Source: Pseudomonadota bacterium (GTDB lineage Bacteria > Pseudomonadota > Alphaproteobacteria > JACQOE01). Taken from it: a stretch of DNA of 64,000 nt. Below the pieces are notes generated by a model. The model was not told the origin of the DNA, did not search any database, and saw only the letters and a list, made by a program, of their open reading frames with translations. Below, piece after piece: positions 1 through 9,707 of the stretch (position 1 is its first letter; the number at the start of each line of letters is the position of its first letter). The stretch is from the NCBI GenBank assembly GCA_016202695.1, contig JACQOE010000023.1, positions 10,354 to 74,353 of the forward strand. Reading direction: 5' to 3'. Made by a program: the position numbers and the translations under genes.

Positions 1-1364
1 CGACTCAAGTTATTGAGTTCAAAAGCGTCAGCGTGGCTTCCCTTGGAAGCGAATCTTTTGCGCGCGTCGGCGCTCTGCTCGACAAGCTTAAACGTCAGCG
101 AGCGACATTGACGAATGAAATCATGCAGGCAGAAATAGAGGCGGCCAATGCCAAGAAAGTAGCGTCAACTTTGGCGTGGCTTCGCCGACGGATTGCGCCC
201 GCCGCCTTCGCTGCGCGACAAAAATATGTCGAAGACTGCGCCGATCGACTGGATGCGCTCAAGGAGATCAGGGATTCGCTCGTCATTGGTGTGGAGTTCG
301 CAATCAGCGACGATTCGAAGAAGTGTTTCCTCGATGTGCTTACCGCCTTTGATCGCGTCAGCCGATCTGCGCGAATCTGGGACATAACCTCGGCCCGGGC
401 AATCGACAGACCCAGCACGCGAAGCGCCGCAAACCAGGCGGTTGATGTGCGCCCTGTAGGATTCGATCGGGTTCACGACGACATTATGGCGACGGAATTC
501 AAGCCTCCACTGTTCATCAACGCCAACGGCGCGGATCTGCTGATTTATCCCGCGTTTGTTGTCGCGCAGGTGGCGGGTCGATTCGCGCTGCTGGACATTC
601 GCGAGGTGGAAATTACCGTAGCGCTCACCGGGTTCCTCGTCGAGGATGGAAACATTCCATCCGACACTCAAGTCGTTGCCAACACCTGGAAGTACGTCAA
701 CAAGAATGGCCAGCCGGATCGACGTTTCTCGTACAATCCGACTATACCCATTGCGCAGTATTGCAAGATTTTCTTCCGCGGCGCGGGTCTGAACGAAGCT
801 TGGATGGTGAGCAACGCCCAGGCTGGGATTGCGTTTGGCGAGGCGCTCCTCCGTTACAAAGAGTCCTTGACAGGTTCGGTAATGGAGGCCGAAGGCATCG
901 CCCCGCCGTCCGCCGACGAGTGGCCGGACGTTGACCTTCCAGAAAAGGTAGCGCCACCGCCCGTTGATTGGCGAACGTCAGTTGCCGTTGCTGGCTGCCT
1001 GTGTTCGATAGCCGCGATGGCGGGCATCATGACCGTGGTAAACAGTCCACAAAGTCTTTATCCATTTCCTGGCCTGAATCGCGAGCCGGCTACGCTGGCG
1101 CCTCCAGTCAAATCGGCTACGAAAGCGGCGCCGACGCCTAAAGCCACCGCCGTAGAGCCGTCCCTTACCGAGGCTGAAGTCGCGGAAATGCAGCAACTCC
1201 TCAAGAAAGCCGGATTCGATCCCGGGCTGGCGGATGGGAAAGCCGGAGCAAGTACGCGACAGGCCTTGCTTGACTGGGCCAGGAGCCGGCAAATCCAAAA
1301 CCCGAAGCTGGATCGAGCGACGCTAGAAGCGTTACGGCGAGGTGTCAGGGACCGCGCACGTTAG
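1..1364 (+). CDS. Bitopic membrane protein: unknown cytoplasmic N-domain, one TM helix, C-terminal peptidoglycan-binding (PG_binding_1-like) domain; 5' end may lie outside the window
   Basis: ORF 33..1364 (GTG) has no in-frame stop back to nt 3. TM helix VAVAGCLCSIAAMAGIMTVV. C-terminal LLKKAGFDPGLADGKAGASTRQALLDWA fits the PG-binding pattern. Region visibly more AT-rich than the rest of the window. Confidence 0.6.
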   Translation, partial: TQVIEFKSVSVASLGSESFARVGALLDKLKRQRATLTNEIMQAEIEAANAKKVASTLAWLRRRIAPAAFAARQKYVEDCADRLDALKEIRDSLVIGVEFAISDDSKKCFLDVLTAFDRVSRSARIWDITSARAIDRPSTRSAANQAVDVRPVGFDRVHDDIMATEFKPPLFINANGADLLIYPAFVVAQVAGRFALLDIREVEITVALTGFLVEDGNIPSDTQVVANTWKYVNKNGQPDRRFSYNPTIPIAQYCKIFFRGAGLNEAWMVSNAQAGIAFGEALLRYKESLTGSVMEAEGIAPPSADEWPDVDLPEKVAPPPVDWRTSVAVAGCLCSIAAMAGIMTVVNSPQSLYPFPGLNREPATLAPPVKSATKAAPTPKATAVEPSLTEAEVAEMQQLLKKAGFDPGLADGKAGASTRQALLDWARSRQIQNPKLDRATLEALRRGVRDRAR

Positions 1365-1582
1365 GTGCTCCCGCCCAGAAATCGAAGATGCGACGGCGGC
1401 GGTCCTTGGAAACACCGGCATCATCGAGCTCGATCCGCCCGCAAGCCGGGCGTTCGCGGCGGACCCATTCTCGCCGTGCAAACCAAACCGGCGCCTTCGC
1501 CGAGGCGCTTCTCTCTCCGCCCAAGCCGAACGAGCGGCTTCGCGCCGCGGCCCGGCGCTACCGGGCGCTGATCGGCGCCTGA
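1342..1582 (+). pseudogene. Decayed DUF1778/TacA-type antitoxin remnant (N-terminal RHH part missing, internal frameshift)
   Basis: Conserved DUF1778 tail AFAEALLSPPKPNERLRAAARRYRALIGA* lies in the 1388..1582 frame. The preceding AAVLGNTGIIELDPPASRAFA lies in the 1342 frame. Segments 1450-1492 and 1493-1535 look like a degenerate 43-nt tandem duplication. Confidence 0.5.
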
Positions 1583-1584
1583 GA

Positions 1585-2100
1585 GTGGCCGACGGCCCCC
1601 GCTTCCCCTACCGGATCGAGCCGCGCGGGCCGGGCCACGACCATGCGGCCTTCGACTGCGGCGTCGCCGCCCTCGACGGCTATCTCAGCACCCAGGCGGG
1701 GCAGGACGCCCGCCGCCGCGTCGCCGCCTGCTTCGTGCTCGTCCCCGCCCAGGGCAACACGGTCGCCGGATACTACACGCTCTCGGCGGCCAGCCTCGCC
1801 CTCGCCGACCTCCCGCCCGAGATCGCCAGGAAACTGCCGCGCTATCCCGCCGTGCCGGCCACGCTCATGGGCCGGCTCGCCATGGACCGCCGGCACCAGG
1901 GGCGCGGCCTCGGCGAGGTGCTGCTGATGAACGCCTTCGCCCGGTGTCTTGCGGCCAAGATCGCCTCCTTTGCCTTCGTGGTGGAGGCGAAGCACGTGCC
2001 GGCGGCCGCGTTCTACCGGCATTTCGGCTTCCGCCCGCTCATCGGCGATCCCCGCCGGCTGTTCCTGCCGATGGCCGAGGTCGCCCGGCTCTTCACCTGA
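1585..2100 (+). CDS. GNAT-family acetyltransferase toxin (TacT/AtaT-like)
   Basis: GTG at 1585, 2 nt after the antitoxin-remnant stop. Acetyl-CoA motif RLAMDRRHQGRGLGEVLL. C-terminal FYRHFGF. 171 aa, typical for DUF1778-partnered GNAT toxins. Confidence 0.75.
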   Translation: MADGPRFPYRIEPRGPGHDHAAFDCGVAALDGYLSTQAGQDARRRVAACFVLVPAQGNTVAGYYTLSAASLALADLPPEIARKLPRYPAVPATLMGRLAMDRRHQGRGLGEVLLMNAFARCLAAKIASFAFVVEAKHVPAAAFYRHFGFRPLIGDPRRLFLPMAEVARLFT

Positions 2101-2106
2101 ATCCCC

Positions 2107-2850
2107 CTACCCCTCCGGCCTTCCGTAGCCGGCCTTGCGCGCCTCCTCGTCGGAGCAGAAGAGCCGCGCCCCCGCCTGCCCGCCCGCCGGTGCCCCCGCC
2201 TGCGCCGCCGCCCCCGCCCCGGCCCGCTCGTACTCGGCGTCGGTCGGCACCAGATACACGCGCCGGCCCGCCGCATCGCGCACCCCCTTCACCGGGCAGC
2301 GCACGCCCTCGGGGCCCTGCTCCTCCGCCATCCGCTCGCCCGCCCGCCAGGCCCAGGGCGGCGTGAACGGCCCCCGCCACAGCCCGAGCCCGGCGCGGCG
2401 CGCCTCGCGCTCGGCCTCGGCGTACTCGGGTGCCGCCCCCGGCGCGGCCAGCGCGTAGCCCTGGCGCAGCAGCCGGATCGCGATCTCCTGGTGGTTGACC
2501 TCGCAGACCGCGGCGCGCCCGGCCCGGCCCGCGCCCGCGGGATCGCAGGAAACGGCGGCGCGCGAGACGGCGAGGAGCTTCCTCAGCGCCAGCGCCGCGT
2601 CCACCCCGCAGGGCCAGGGCCGCCCGTCGTGGAAGCAGAGCTGGCCGAGCTCGGGCGCGTCGATGCCGGAAAGCTCGACGGTCCGCCCCTCGATCTGAAG
2701 CGTGTCGGCGTCGATCACCCGCACCGGCGCACCGGCGGCGCCCTCGGCCCCGCGGCCTGCCCCGGCGAGCGCGCCGAGGAGCGCGAAGAGGGCCAGCCCG
2801 GCGACGACGAGCGCGAGGCGGCGGGCGACGGGGGCGCGGGGGCCGGGCAT
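2107..2850 (-). CDS. Secreted staphylococcal-nuclease (SNase/thermonuclease)-like protein with C-terminal extension
   Basis: Start at internal ATG 2850 gives a signal-like LALVVAGLALFALLGALAGA. SNase-like VIDADTLQIEGRTVELSGIDAPE, LLRQGYA, GLGLWRG. The longer 273-aa ORF start was rejected. Confidence 0.7.
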   Translation of the reverse strand: MPGPRAPVARRLALVVAGLALFALLGALAGAGRGAEGAAGAPVRVIDADTLQIEGRTVELSGIDAPELGQLCFHDGRPWPCGVDAALALRKLLAVSRAAVSCDPAGAGRAGRAAVCEVNHQEIAIRLLRQGYALAAPGAAPEYAEAEREARRAGLGLWRGPFTPPWAWRAGERMAEEQGPEGVRCPVKGVRDAAGRRVYLVPTDAEYERAGAGAAAQAGAPAGGQAGARLFCSDEEARKAGYGRPEG

Positions 2851-2968
2851 GGGGCGGGTTCTCCAATCGGGGCATACGGGGAGCCGCGGCGGGCGTCCCG
2901 CGCCGCCTCCCTCCGGGCGTCCCGGCAAGGGGCATAGCCCCCGATTGTGGCGAGAGTGCGGTGATCCG

Positions 2969-3057
2969 GAAGTCAGAAGTCAGAAGCCAGAAGGCAGGGA
3001 TCGGAAGGCGGGCAAGGAGGCCTCTGTCATCTGTCATCTGATCTCTGGTTTCTGATC
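2969..3057. repeat. Two heptamer tandem arrays in roughly inverted orientation
   Basis: 2969-2996 reads GAAGTCA GAAGTCA GAAGCCA GAAGGCA. 3023-3057 reads TCTGTCA TCTGTCA TCTGATC TCTGGTT TCTGATC. A 26-nt spacer separates them. Located in the intergenic region between the nuclease start and the mqsA stop. Confidence 0.8.
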
Positions 3058-3058
3058 C

Positions 3059-3088
3059 CCCGCCAGCACCTCGGCCACCTTGCGGGTC
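3059..3088. repeat. 30-bp direct repeat copy A (duplicate of the 3' end of the histidine kinase gene)
   Basis: CCCGCCAGCACCTCGGCCACCTTGCGGGTC is identical to 3948-3977. On the minus strand it would encode TRKVAEVLAG. Confidence 0.9.
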
Positions 3089-3138
3089 GGCGCGACCGCC
3101 GGTGTCATCCTCTTCCGCGCGGCTGGGCCGCCGCCTGC

Positions 3139-3540
3139 TCAAACAAGATCCTTCAGCAATTCCGGGTGCTTGTCCAAGAGCCGAAAGAGATTGACGACCG
3201 CCGGCATCGGCGTTGCGTCGCCACGTTCGTAGCGCGAGAAGGCGTTATGGCCACCGCCGGTGAGACGCGCGGCGGCAACCTGGCTCAAGCCGAGCTTGCG
3301 GCGGATGCGCTTGATTTCCTTGCGCTGGCGCTCGCGTTCGCGCCGGACCAATTCGTCTCCCGCCGCCGCGTAGCGCCGCGCGCTCGCGGCATCGAACTCC
3401 ACTTCGCCACAAGCCTCGCAGCGCCAGCCCGACAGCCCTTCCACGGTGGCGGTCGCGCCGGCGTGGTCGATGGCGAAGGTCTCGCTCTCGAAGCGCGTCA
3501 TGCCCTTGCGGGCCTCGCAGTTCGGACACCTCCGCGCCAT
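3139..3540 (-). CDS. mqsA: MqsA-type antitoxin (N-terminal Zn-ribbon + C-terminal XRE HTH)
   Basis: MARRCPNCE...WRCEACGE zinc ribbon. HTH LGLSQVAAARLTGGGHNAFSRYERG. ATG 3540 lies 2 nt after the mqsR stop. The longer 168-aa ORF start was rejected. Confidence 0.85.
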   Translation of the reverse strand: MARRCPNCEARKGMTRFESETFAIDHAGATATVEGLSGWRCEACGEVEFDAASARRYAAAGDELVRRERERQRKEIKRIRRKLGLSQVAAARLTGGGHNAFSRYERGDATPMPAVVNLFRLLDKHPELLKDLV

Positions 3541-3542
3541 GG

Positions 3543-3845
3543 TTACTTCTCCTTGAACTGGATCACCGGCGCCACGCCACGCAGGGTGAGCTTGATATAG
3601 GCTTCCTTCCTCACCGGCGTTGCCGCGTGATACACGTCCTGCCAAACGCGAGGATCGGCGTAGGCGGTCATCGACTTGTAGAAGTCGCGCCGCGAGAGCG
3701 AGGCGATCACCGCCAGCATTTCGGCCGTGGTCAATCCCATGTTGCGGCCGCCGTCCAGGGCGGTCTTGGTGAAAGCCGCCGCACCCAGCCCCGCGACCTC
3801 CGCCTGGACGCGCGCAAGATCGTAATGGGGCGTGCGCTTGTCCAC
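3543..3845 (-). CDS. mqsR: MqsR-type mRNA interferase toxin
   Basis: 100 aa. KRTPHYDLARVQ..., FYKSMT, VYH..., AYIKL... match the MqsR pattern. Toxin-first order with the downstream MqsA is typical. Confidence 0.85.
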   Translation of the reverse strand: MDKRTPHYDLARVQAEVAGLGAAAFTKTALDGGRNMGLTTAEMLAVIASLSRRDFYKSMTAYADPRVWQDVYHAATPVRKEAYIKLTLRGVAPVIQFKEK

Positions 3846-3850
3846 AGGAC

Positions 3851-3879
3851 GATATTACCCTTTAAGGGTATATTTGCAA
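3851..3879 (-). promoter_or_regulatory. Putative mqsRA promoter with MqsA-like operator palindrome in the spacer
   Basis: Minus strand has TTGCAA (3879-3874), a 16-17 nt spacer holding TACCC-TTAAA-GGGTA (3856-3870), and TAATAT (3857-3852) ending about 7 nt before the GTG at 3845. The palindrome resembles the E. coli MqsA ACCT-N-AGGT operator. Confidence 0.45.
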
Positions 3880-3931
3880 GTCGGGTCGGGCTGCGAAGGG
3901 GCGGTCCACCGAGGCCACCGCCCCGTCGCCC

Positions 3932-5683
<1,752 letters not shown>

Positions 5684-5719
5684 GCCTGGCGAGGCTCCCC
5701 CTTCCCTGCCGCGGCCGGG

Positions 5720-6793
5720 TCAGGCCGGGATCTTGCCCTTCAGACGGTAGACGTATCCGATGACCTCGGCCACCGCTTTATAGTGCTCGACCGGGATTTC
5801 CTGGTCGAGCTCGACGCCGGCGTAGAGGGCGCGGGCAAGCGGCGCGTTCTCGACGATCGGGACCTCGTGCGCCTCGGCCACCTCGCGGATTTTTTGGGCG
5901 ACGAAGTCGGCCCCCTTGGCCACCAGCCGGGGCGCCGCCATGGCCTCGATGTCGTAGGCAAGGGCGACGGCGAAGTGGGTGGGGTTGGTGATCACCACGT
6001 CGGCGGTGGGCACCGCCTGCATCATGCGCTGGCGGGCGCGCTCGATCCGGATCTGGCGGATGCGGCCCTTGACCTTGGGATCGCCCTCGGTCTGCTTGTA
6101 CTCGTCCTTGATCTCGGTCTTGGTCATGCGCAGCGACTTGGTGAACTCGTACTTCTGGTAGAGGAAGTCGGCCAGCGCGACCACGGTCATGAAGGCGACC
6201 ACGCCGAGAAAGAGCTTGACCGTCAGCTCGTAGAGGCGGGCAAGGAGCCGCGGCACCTCCAGGTCGACGAGGCCGGGCAGCGTCGCCAGCTCGGGCCGGA
6301 TCATGAGATAGAGGACGCCCGACACCAGCACCAGCTTGAGCATCGCCTTGGCGAACTCGACCAGGTTGCGCGTCGACACCAGTCGCTTGATGCCCTGCGC
6401 CGGGCTGAGCTTGGAGAACTTGGGCCTGACCGCCTCGAGCGAGAAGACGAAGCCGGTCTGGCCCAGCGCCACCAGGACCACGATCAGCACCATCACCGCG
6501 GCCATCGGCGCCAACGCCGTCCCGACCTGGCCCAGGGTCGCGTAGAGCAGCGCGCCGAGCCCGGGGCCGTCGGCGGGAAGCGCGTGCGGCTTCTCGATGA
6601 AGGCCTTGAGCGTGCGCGCGATCTCGCCCGAGGCGGAGGGAAGCAGCGTCGCCAGGCCGAGCGCCCCGGCCAGCAGCACCGACCAGTTGAGCACCTCGCG
6701 CGACTGCGCGATCTGCCCCTTCTTGCGCGCCTCCTCGATCTTCTTCTGAGTCGGCGATTCCGATTTGTCGGCGTCGGAATCGGTGTCGGCCAT
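5720..6793 (-). CDS. flhB: Flagellar export apparatus protein FlhB
   Basis: N-terminal EKSESPTQKKIEEARKKGQIAQSREV. Autocleavage site VVITNPTHFAVAL. 357 aa. Confidence 0.95.
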   Translation of the reverse strand: MADTDSDADKSESPTQKKIEEARKKGQIAQSREVLNWSVLLAGALGLATLLPSASGEIARTLKAFIEKPHALPADGPGLGALLYATLGQVGTALAPMAAVMVLIVVLVALGQTGFVFSLEAVRPKFSKLSPAQGIKRLVSTRNLVEFAKAMLKLVLVSGVLYLMIRPELATLPGLVDLEVPRLLARLYELTVKLFLGVVAFMTVVALADFLYQKYEFTKSLRMTKTEIKDEYKQTEGDPKVKGRIRQIRIERARQRMMQAVPTADVVITNPTHFAVALAYDIEAMAAPRLVAKGADFVAQKIREVAEAHEVPIVENAPLARALYAGVELDQEIPVEHYKAVAEVIGYVYRLKGKIPA

Positions 6794-6825
6794 GACCGTT
6801 CCCCTTCAGCCGGGACTGGCGCCCA

Positions 6826-7587
6826 CTATCGCGGCGCCAGGAAGCGGACGACGTCGTCCTCGAAGCGGCCGAGGAACAGCGTCATCAGACCCGCCACCGT
6901 GATCATCATGATGAGCAGCCCGTTCATCACCTGCAGCGGCAGGGCGACGAAGAACACCTGGATGGTCGGCACCAGCCGGACCATGAAGCCGAGCCCGAGG
7001 TAGAAGATCAGCGCCACCACCACGAAGGGGGCGGTGAGCTGGAAGGCGATGGCGAAGCTCTCCGACACCGTGCGCACGATCACCTCGGTGAAGTCGCCGA
7101 CCGGGGGCAGCGCGCCGGGGACGAAGAGCGCGTAGCTGTCGACGATCGCCTCGATCAGCAAGTGATGGAGGTCGGTCACCAGGATCAGGAGCACGCCGGT
7201 GAGGCCGAAGAAGCGGCCGACCAACGCGCCCTGCTGGCCGGCGATGGGGTCGAAGACGAGGGCGTTGGCCATGCCGGTGAGGAAGGCGAGCATCTGCCCG
7301 GCGGTGGGCAGCGCCGCGACCAGCAGCCTGACCACGGTGCCGAGGAAGAGGCCCACCGCGACCTCCGCCCCGACCACCAGCAGGAGCCCGGTCGGACTCG
7401 CCGGCAGGGGCGGCATCAGCGGCGTCACCACCGGCACGAACATCACCGTCAGGGCGAGCGCGAACACCAGGCGCACGCGCGCGCTCACCTCCTGGTCGGC
7501 GAAGGGCGGCATCACCGCCATCGCCGAGCCGAGCCGGGCGAAGACGACGATGTAGGGAAAGAGCCACGCCGGCAGGGCCTGAACCAC
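6826..7587 (-). CDS. fliR: Flagellar export apparatus protein FliR
   Basis: Polytopic 253-aa membrane protein between fliQ and flhB with a FliR-like hydrophobic pattern. Confidence 0.9.
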   Translation of the reverse strand: MVQALPAWLFPYIVVFARLGSAMAVMPPFADQEVSARVRLVFALALTVMFVPVVTPLMPPLPASPTGLLLVVGAEVAVGLFLGTVVRLLVAALPTAGQMLAFLTGMANALVFDPIAGQQGALVGRFFGLTGVLLILVTDLHHLLIEAIVDSYALFVPGALPPVGDFTEVIVRTVSESFAIAFQLTAPFVVVALIFYLGLGFMVRLVPTIQVFFVALPLQVMNGLLIMMITVAGLMTLFLGRFEDDVVRFLAPR

Positions 7588-7601
7588 CGCGCCCCCCCCA
7601 C

Positions 7602-7868
7602 TCAGCCGAGGCCCACGATGCGGTCGATCAGCTCGCGGGTGAAGTCGGAGATGGTATCGAGCATGAAGGGGAGGAAGACGAGAAGCGAGATGAAGATGAT
7701 CAGGATCTTGGGCACGAAGGTGAGGGTCATCTCGTTGATCTGGGTGATCGACTGCAGGAGCGAGATGATGACGCCGGCGAGAAGCCCGGCCAGCATCACT
7801 GGACCGCCCATCAGCAGCGCCACCAGGATCGCCTGGCGGGCGATGTCGAGCACGTCGGCATCCGTCAT
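7602..7868 (-). CDS. fliQ: Flagellar export apparatus protein FliQ
   Basis: 88 aa, two TM helices. GPVMLAGLLAGVIISLLQSITQINEMTLTFVPK is the FliQ signature. Confidence 0.95.
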   Translation of the reverse strand: MTDADVLDIARQAILVALLMGGPVMLAGLLAGVIISLLQSITQINEMTLTFVPKILIIFISLLVFLPFMLDTISDFTRELIDRIVGLG

Positions 7869-7898
7869 CTGCGGCGCCCTCCCCCCCGACGGCCGCGC

Positions 7899-8201
7899 CT
7901 AGATCGGCATGCGCAGGATGTCCTGGTAGGACTGGATGACGCGGTCGCGCAGCGCCACCGCGGTCTGCAGGGTGATCTCGGCGTTGGAGACGGCGCTGAT
8001 CACGTCGGCCAGCTCGGCCGTCCCGGCGATCGCCTGCAGGGACTTCTTCTCGCCCTCCTTCCCGACCTGGACCGCCTCGGTCACGGCGCTGCGCAGGAGG
8101 CCGGAGAAGTCGTCATTGGGGTTCGCCTTGCGCGGCGACAGATCGGCGGCGCCGGCGGCGTTGCGGTAGGCGTTGACGGCATTGGCGATGGTCACGCTCA
8201 T
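7899..8201 (-). CDS. fliE: Flagellar hook-basal body protein FliE
   Basis: 100 aa. C-terminal AEITLQTAVALRDRVIQSYQDILRMPI is typical of FliE. Confidence 0.9.
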   Translation of the reverse strand: MSVTIANAVNAYRNAAGAADLSPRKANPNDDFSGLLRSAVTEAVQVGKEGEKKSLQAIAGTAELADVISAVSNAEITLQTAVALRDRVIQSYQDILRMPI

Positions 8202-8236
8202 GGCGGCACTCCCTTATGGGCGCGAACGGGGCGGGA

Positions 8237-8647
8237 TCACCTCAGGATGTCGATGGCACGCTGGAGCATACGCTTGGAGACCTCGATGACGTTGAGGTTG
8301 GCGTTGTAGGTGCGCTGCGCCTCGCGCATGTCCATCAGCTCGACGAAGGAGTTGACGTTGGGCACCATCACGTAGCCGTCGGGATCGGCGGCCGGGTGGG
8401 TGGGATCGAACTTGCGGGTCAGCTCGGTCCGGTCGACGGACACCCGCCGCACGTCCACCAAGTCGGCGCCGAGCGCGCGGTCGAAGGCGTTGCGGAAGGT
8501 GACGATCTTTCGCCGGTAGGGATCGCCGCCGGCCTCGGTGGCGAGCGAGTCGCGGTTGGCGAGGTTCTCGGAAATGACGCGCAGCCGCACGCCCTGGGCC
8601 TTCATCCCGGAGGCGGAGATGCGCAGCGCTTTCACCAAGTCCATCAT
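8237..8647 (-). CDS. flgC: Flagellar proximal rod protein FlgC
   Basis: ISASGMKAQGVRLRVISENLAN N-terminus. C-terminal EAQRTYNANLNVIEVSKRMLQRAIDI. Confidence 0.95.
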   Translation of the reverse strand: MMDLVKALRISASGMKAQGVRLRVISENLANRDSLATEAGGDPYRRKIVTFRNAFDRALGADLVDVRRVSVDRTELTRKFDPTHPAADPDGYVMVPNVNSFVELMDMREAQRTYNANLNVIEVSKRMLQRAIDILR

Positions 8648-8677
8648 CGAAACGTATCTCCTTCGCGCGGGGCCGGC

Positions 8678-9094
8678 TCAGGTCGAGCCGCGGCCGGTGA
8701 TCGCGAGGCGCAGCATCGCGAGATACTTGCGGTAAAGCTTGGTGTTCAGGTCCTGCTGGTTCTGCACGTCCGAGACCTTCATCAGCTGCTCCTCGAGGAT
8801 CACGGCGTTGTGGTCGGGCGCCTCCTCGTAGGTCGCCCGGTCCTTGACCGCCTTGAAGTCCTGATCGGCGTTTCCGCGGGCGCCGACGAGGTGCTGGTCG
8901 GAGGTGCGACTCAGGCGGACGTTGAACGCGCTGTCGCGCACCAGGCGACCGAACTCGAGGGCCTTGAGGTCGCTCGGGCGGTAGCCGGGGGTGTCGGCGT
9001 TGGCGATGTTCTGCGACAGGACCTTCTGGCGCTGGTCCAGGTAGCCCTGCTGGAGGTGGGCCATGCCGAAGAGCCTGAGCTTCGAGATGTCCAT
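8678..9094 (-). CDS. flgB: Flagellar proximal rod protein FlgB
   Basis: RQKVLSQNIANADTPGYR rod N-terminal motif. First gene of the flgB-flgC-fliE order. Confidence 0.9.
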   Translation of the reverse strand: MDISKLRLFGMAHLQQGYLDQRQKVLSQNIANADTPGYRPSDLKALEFGRLVRDSAFNVRLSRTSDQHLVGARGNADQDFKAVKDRATYEEAPDHNAVILEEQLMKVSDVQNQQDLNTKLYRKYLAMLRLAITGRGST

Positions 9095-9215
9095 CGTTGG
9101 CTCCCGCGTCGTGGGGTTGGCCGGCCCCGGGTACGGGCGGCGGCGGCGCGCCCGGCGGAGGAATCTTTGCGGTTGCGCTCCCGCCTTGGGTTGGCGCTAG
9201 TATCCCGGCGGGGCG

Positions 9216-9302
9216 TTAACGAAGGGTAAATCCGCCCCGCGCGGCCGGGGCCGGCGCCGAGCGGCGCCCGGCCTGTCCGGCGGCGGTTAGGGTTTCCTTA
9301 AC
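9216..9302. promoter_or_regulatory. Two near-consensus CtrA-type boxes in the flgB/csrA divergent intergenic region
   Basis: TTAA-N7-TAAA at 9216-9230. TTAG-N7-TTAAC at 9287-9302. Confidence 0.35.
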
Positions 9303-9351
9303 CGGAGGGGCGCTATCCGCCTTAGGGAGACGCGCCAGCAGGTAGCGGACC

Positions 9352-9687
9352 ATGCTCTATCTCACCCGCAAGATCGGCGAATCGATCGTCATCAACGACG
9401 ACATCGAGATCACCGTCATCGACGTGCGCGGCAAGACGATCAAGCTCGGCTTCACCTTCCCCTCGGACGTGACCGTGCTGCGCCGCGAGATTTACGAGCG
9501 CATCCAGGCCGAGAACCGCGCCGCCGCCGAGGCAAGCCAGCACCTCAGCGAATCGATGGCGGCGCAGGCGCCTGCGGCGCGCGCGAACGTCGCCAAGGCG
9601 GCGGGCGCGGCCCAGGGCGCGCCCGAGGGCGAGGGCGAGCCGCGGCAGGCCGGAGACGGCCGCCCGGCGGGCGGCACCCTTCCCTGA
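9352..9687 (+). CDS. csrA: Carbon storage regulator CsrA (flagellar type) with ~45-aa Ala/Gly/Pro-rich C-terminal extension
   Basis: [51 protein letters not shown] is a canonical CsrA fold sequence. 111 aa total. Confidence 0.9.
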   Translation: MLYLTRKIGESIVINDDIEITVIDVRGKTIKLGFTFPSDVTVLRREIYERIQAENRAAAEASQHLSESMAAQAPAARANVAKAAGAAQGAPEGEGEPRQAGDGRPAGGTLP

Positions 9688-9707
9688 CGCGCCGGCGCCG
9701 GGGCGGC

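Noticed and set aside
2969-3057. Heptamer arrays as a CRISPR or minisatellite
   Set aside because: The units are 7 bp with no spacers, so this is not a CRISPR architecture. It is kept only as an unexplained repeat.
2093-3142. 349-aa minus-strand Arg-rich ORF
   Set aside because: It overlaps the SNase-like gene out of frame and has extreme Arg/Gly/Ala composition.
9095-9351. sigma54 promoter for the flgB operon
   Set aside because: I found no GG-N10-GC element with acceptable flanks on the minus strand. Only CtrA-like boxes were found.
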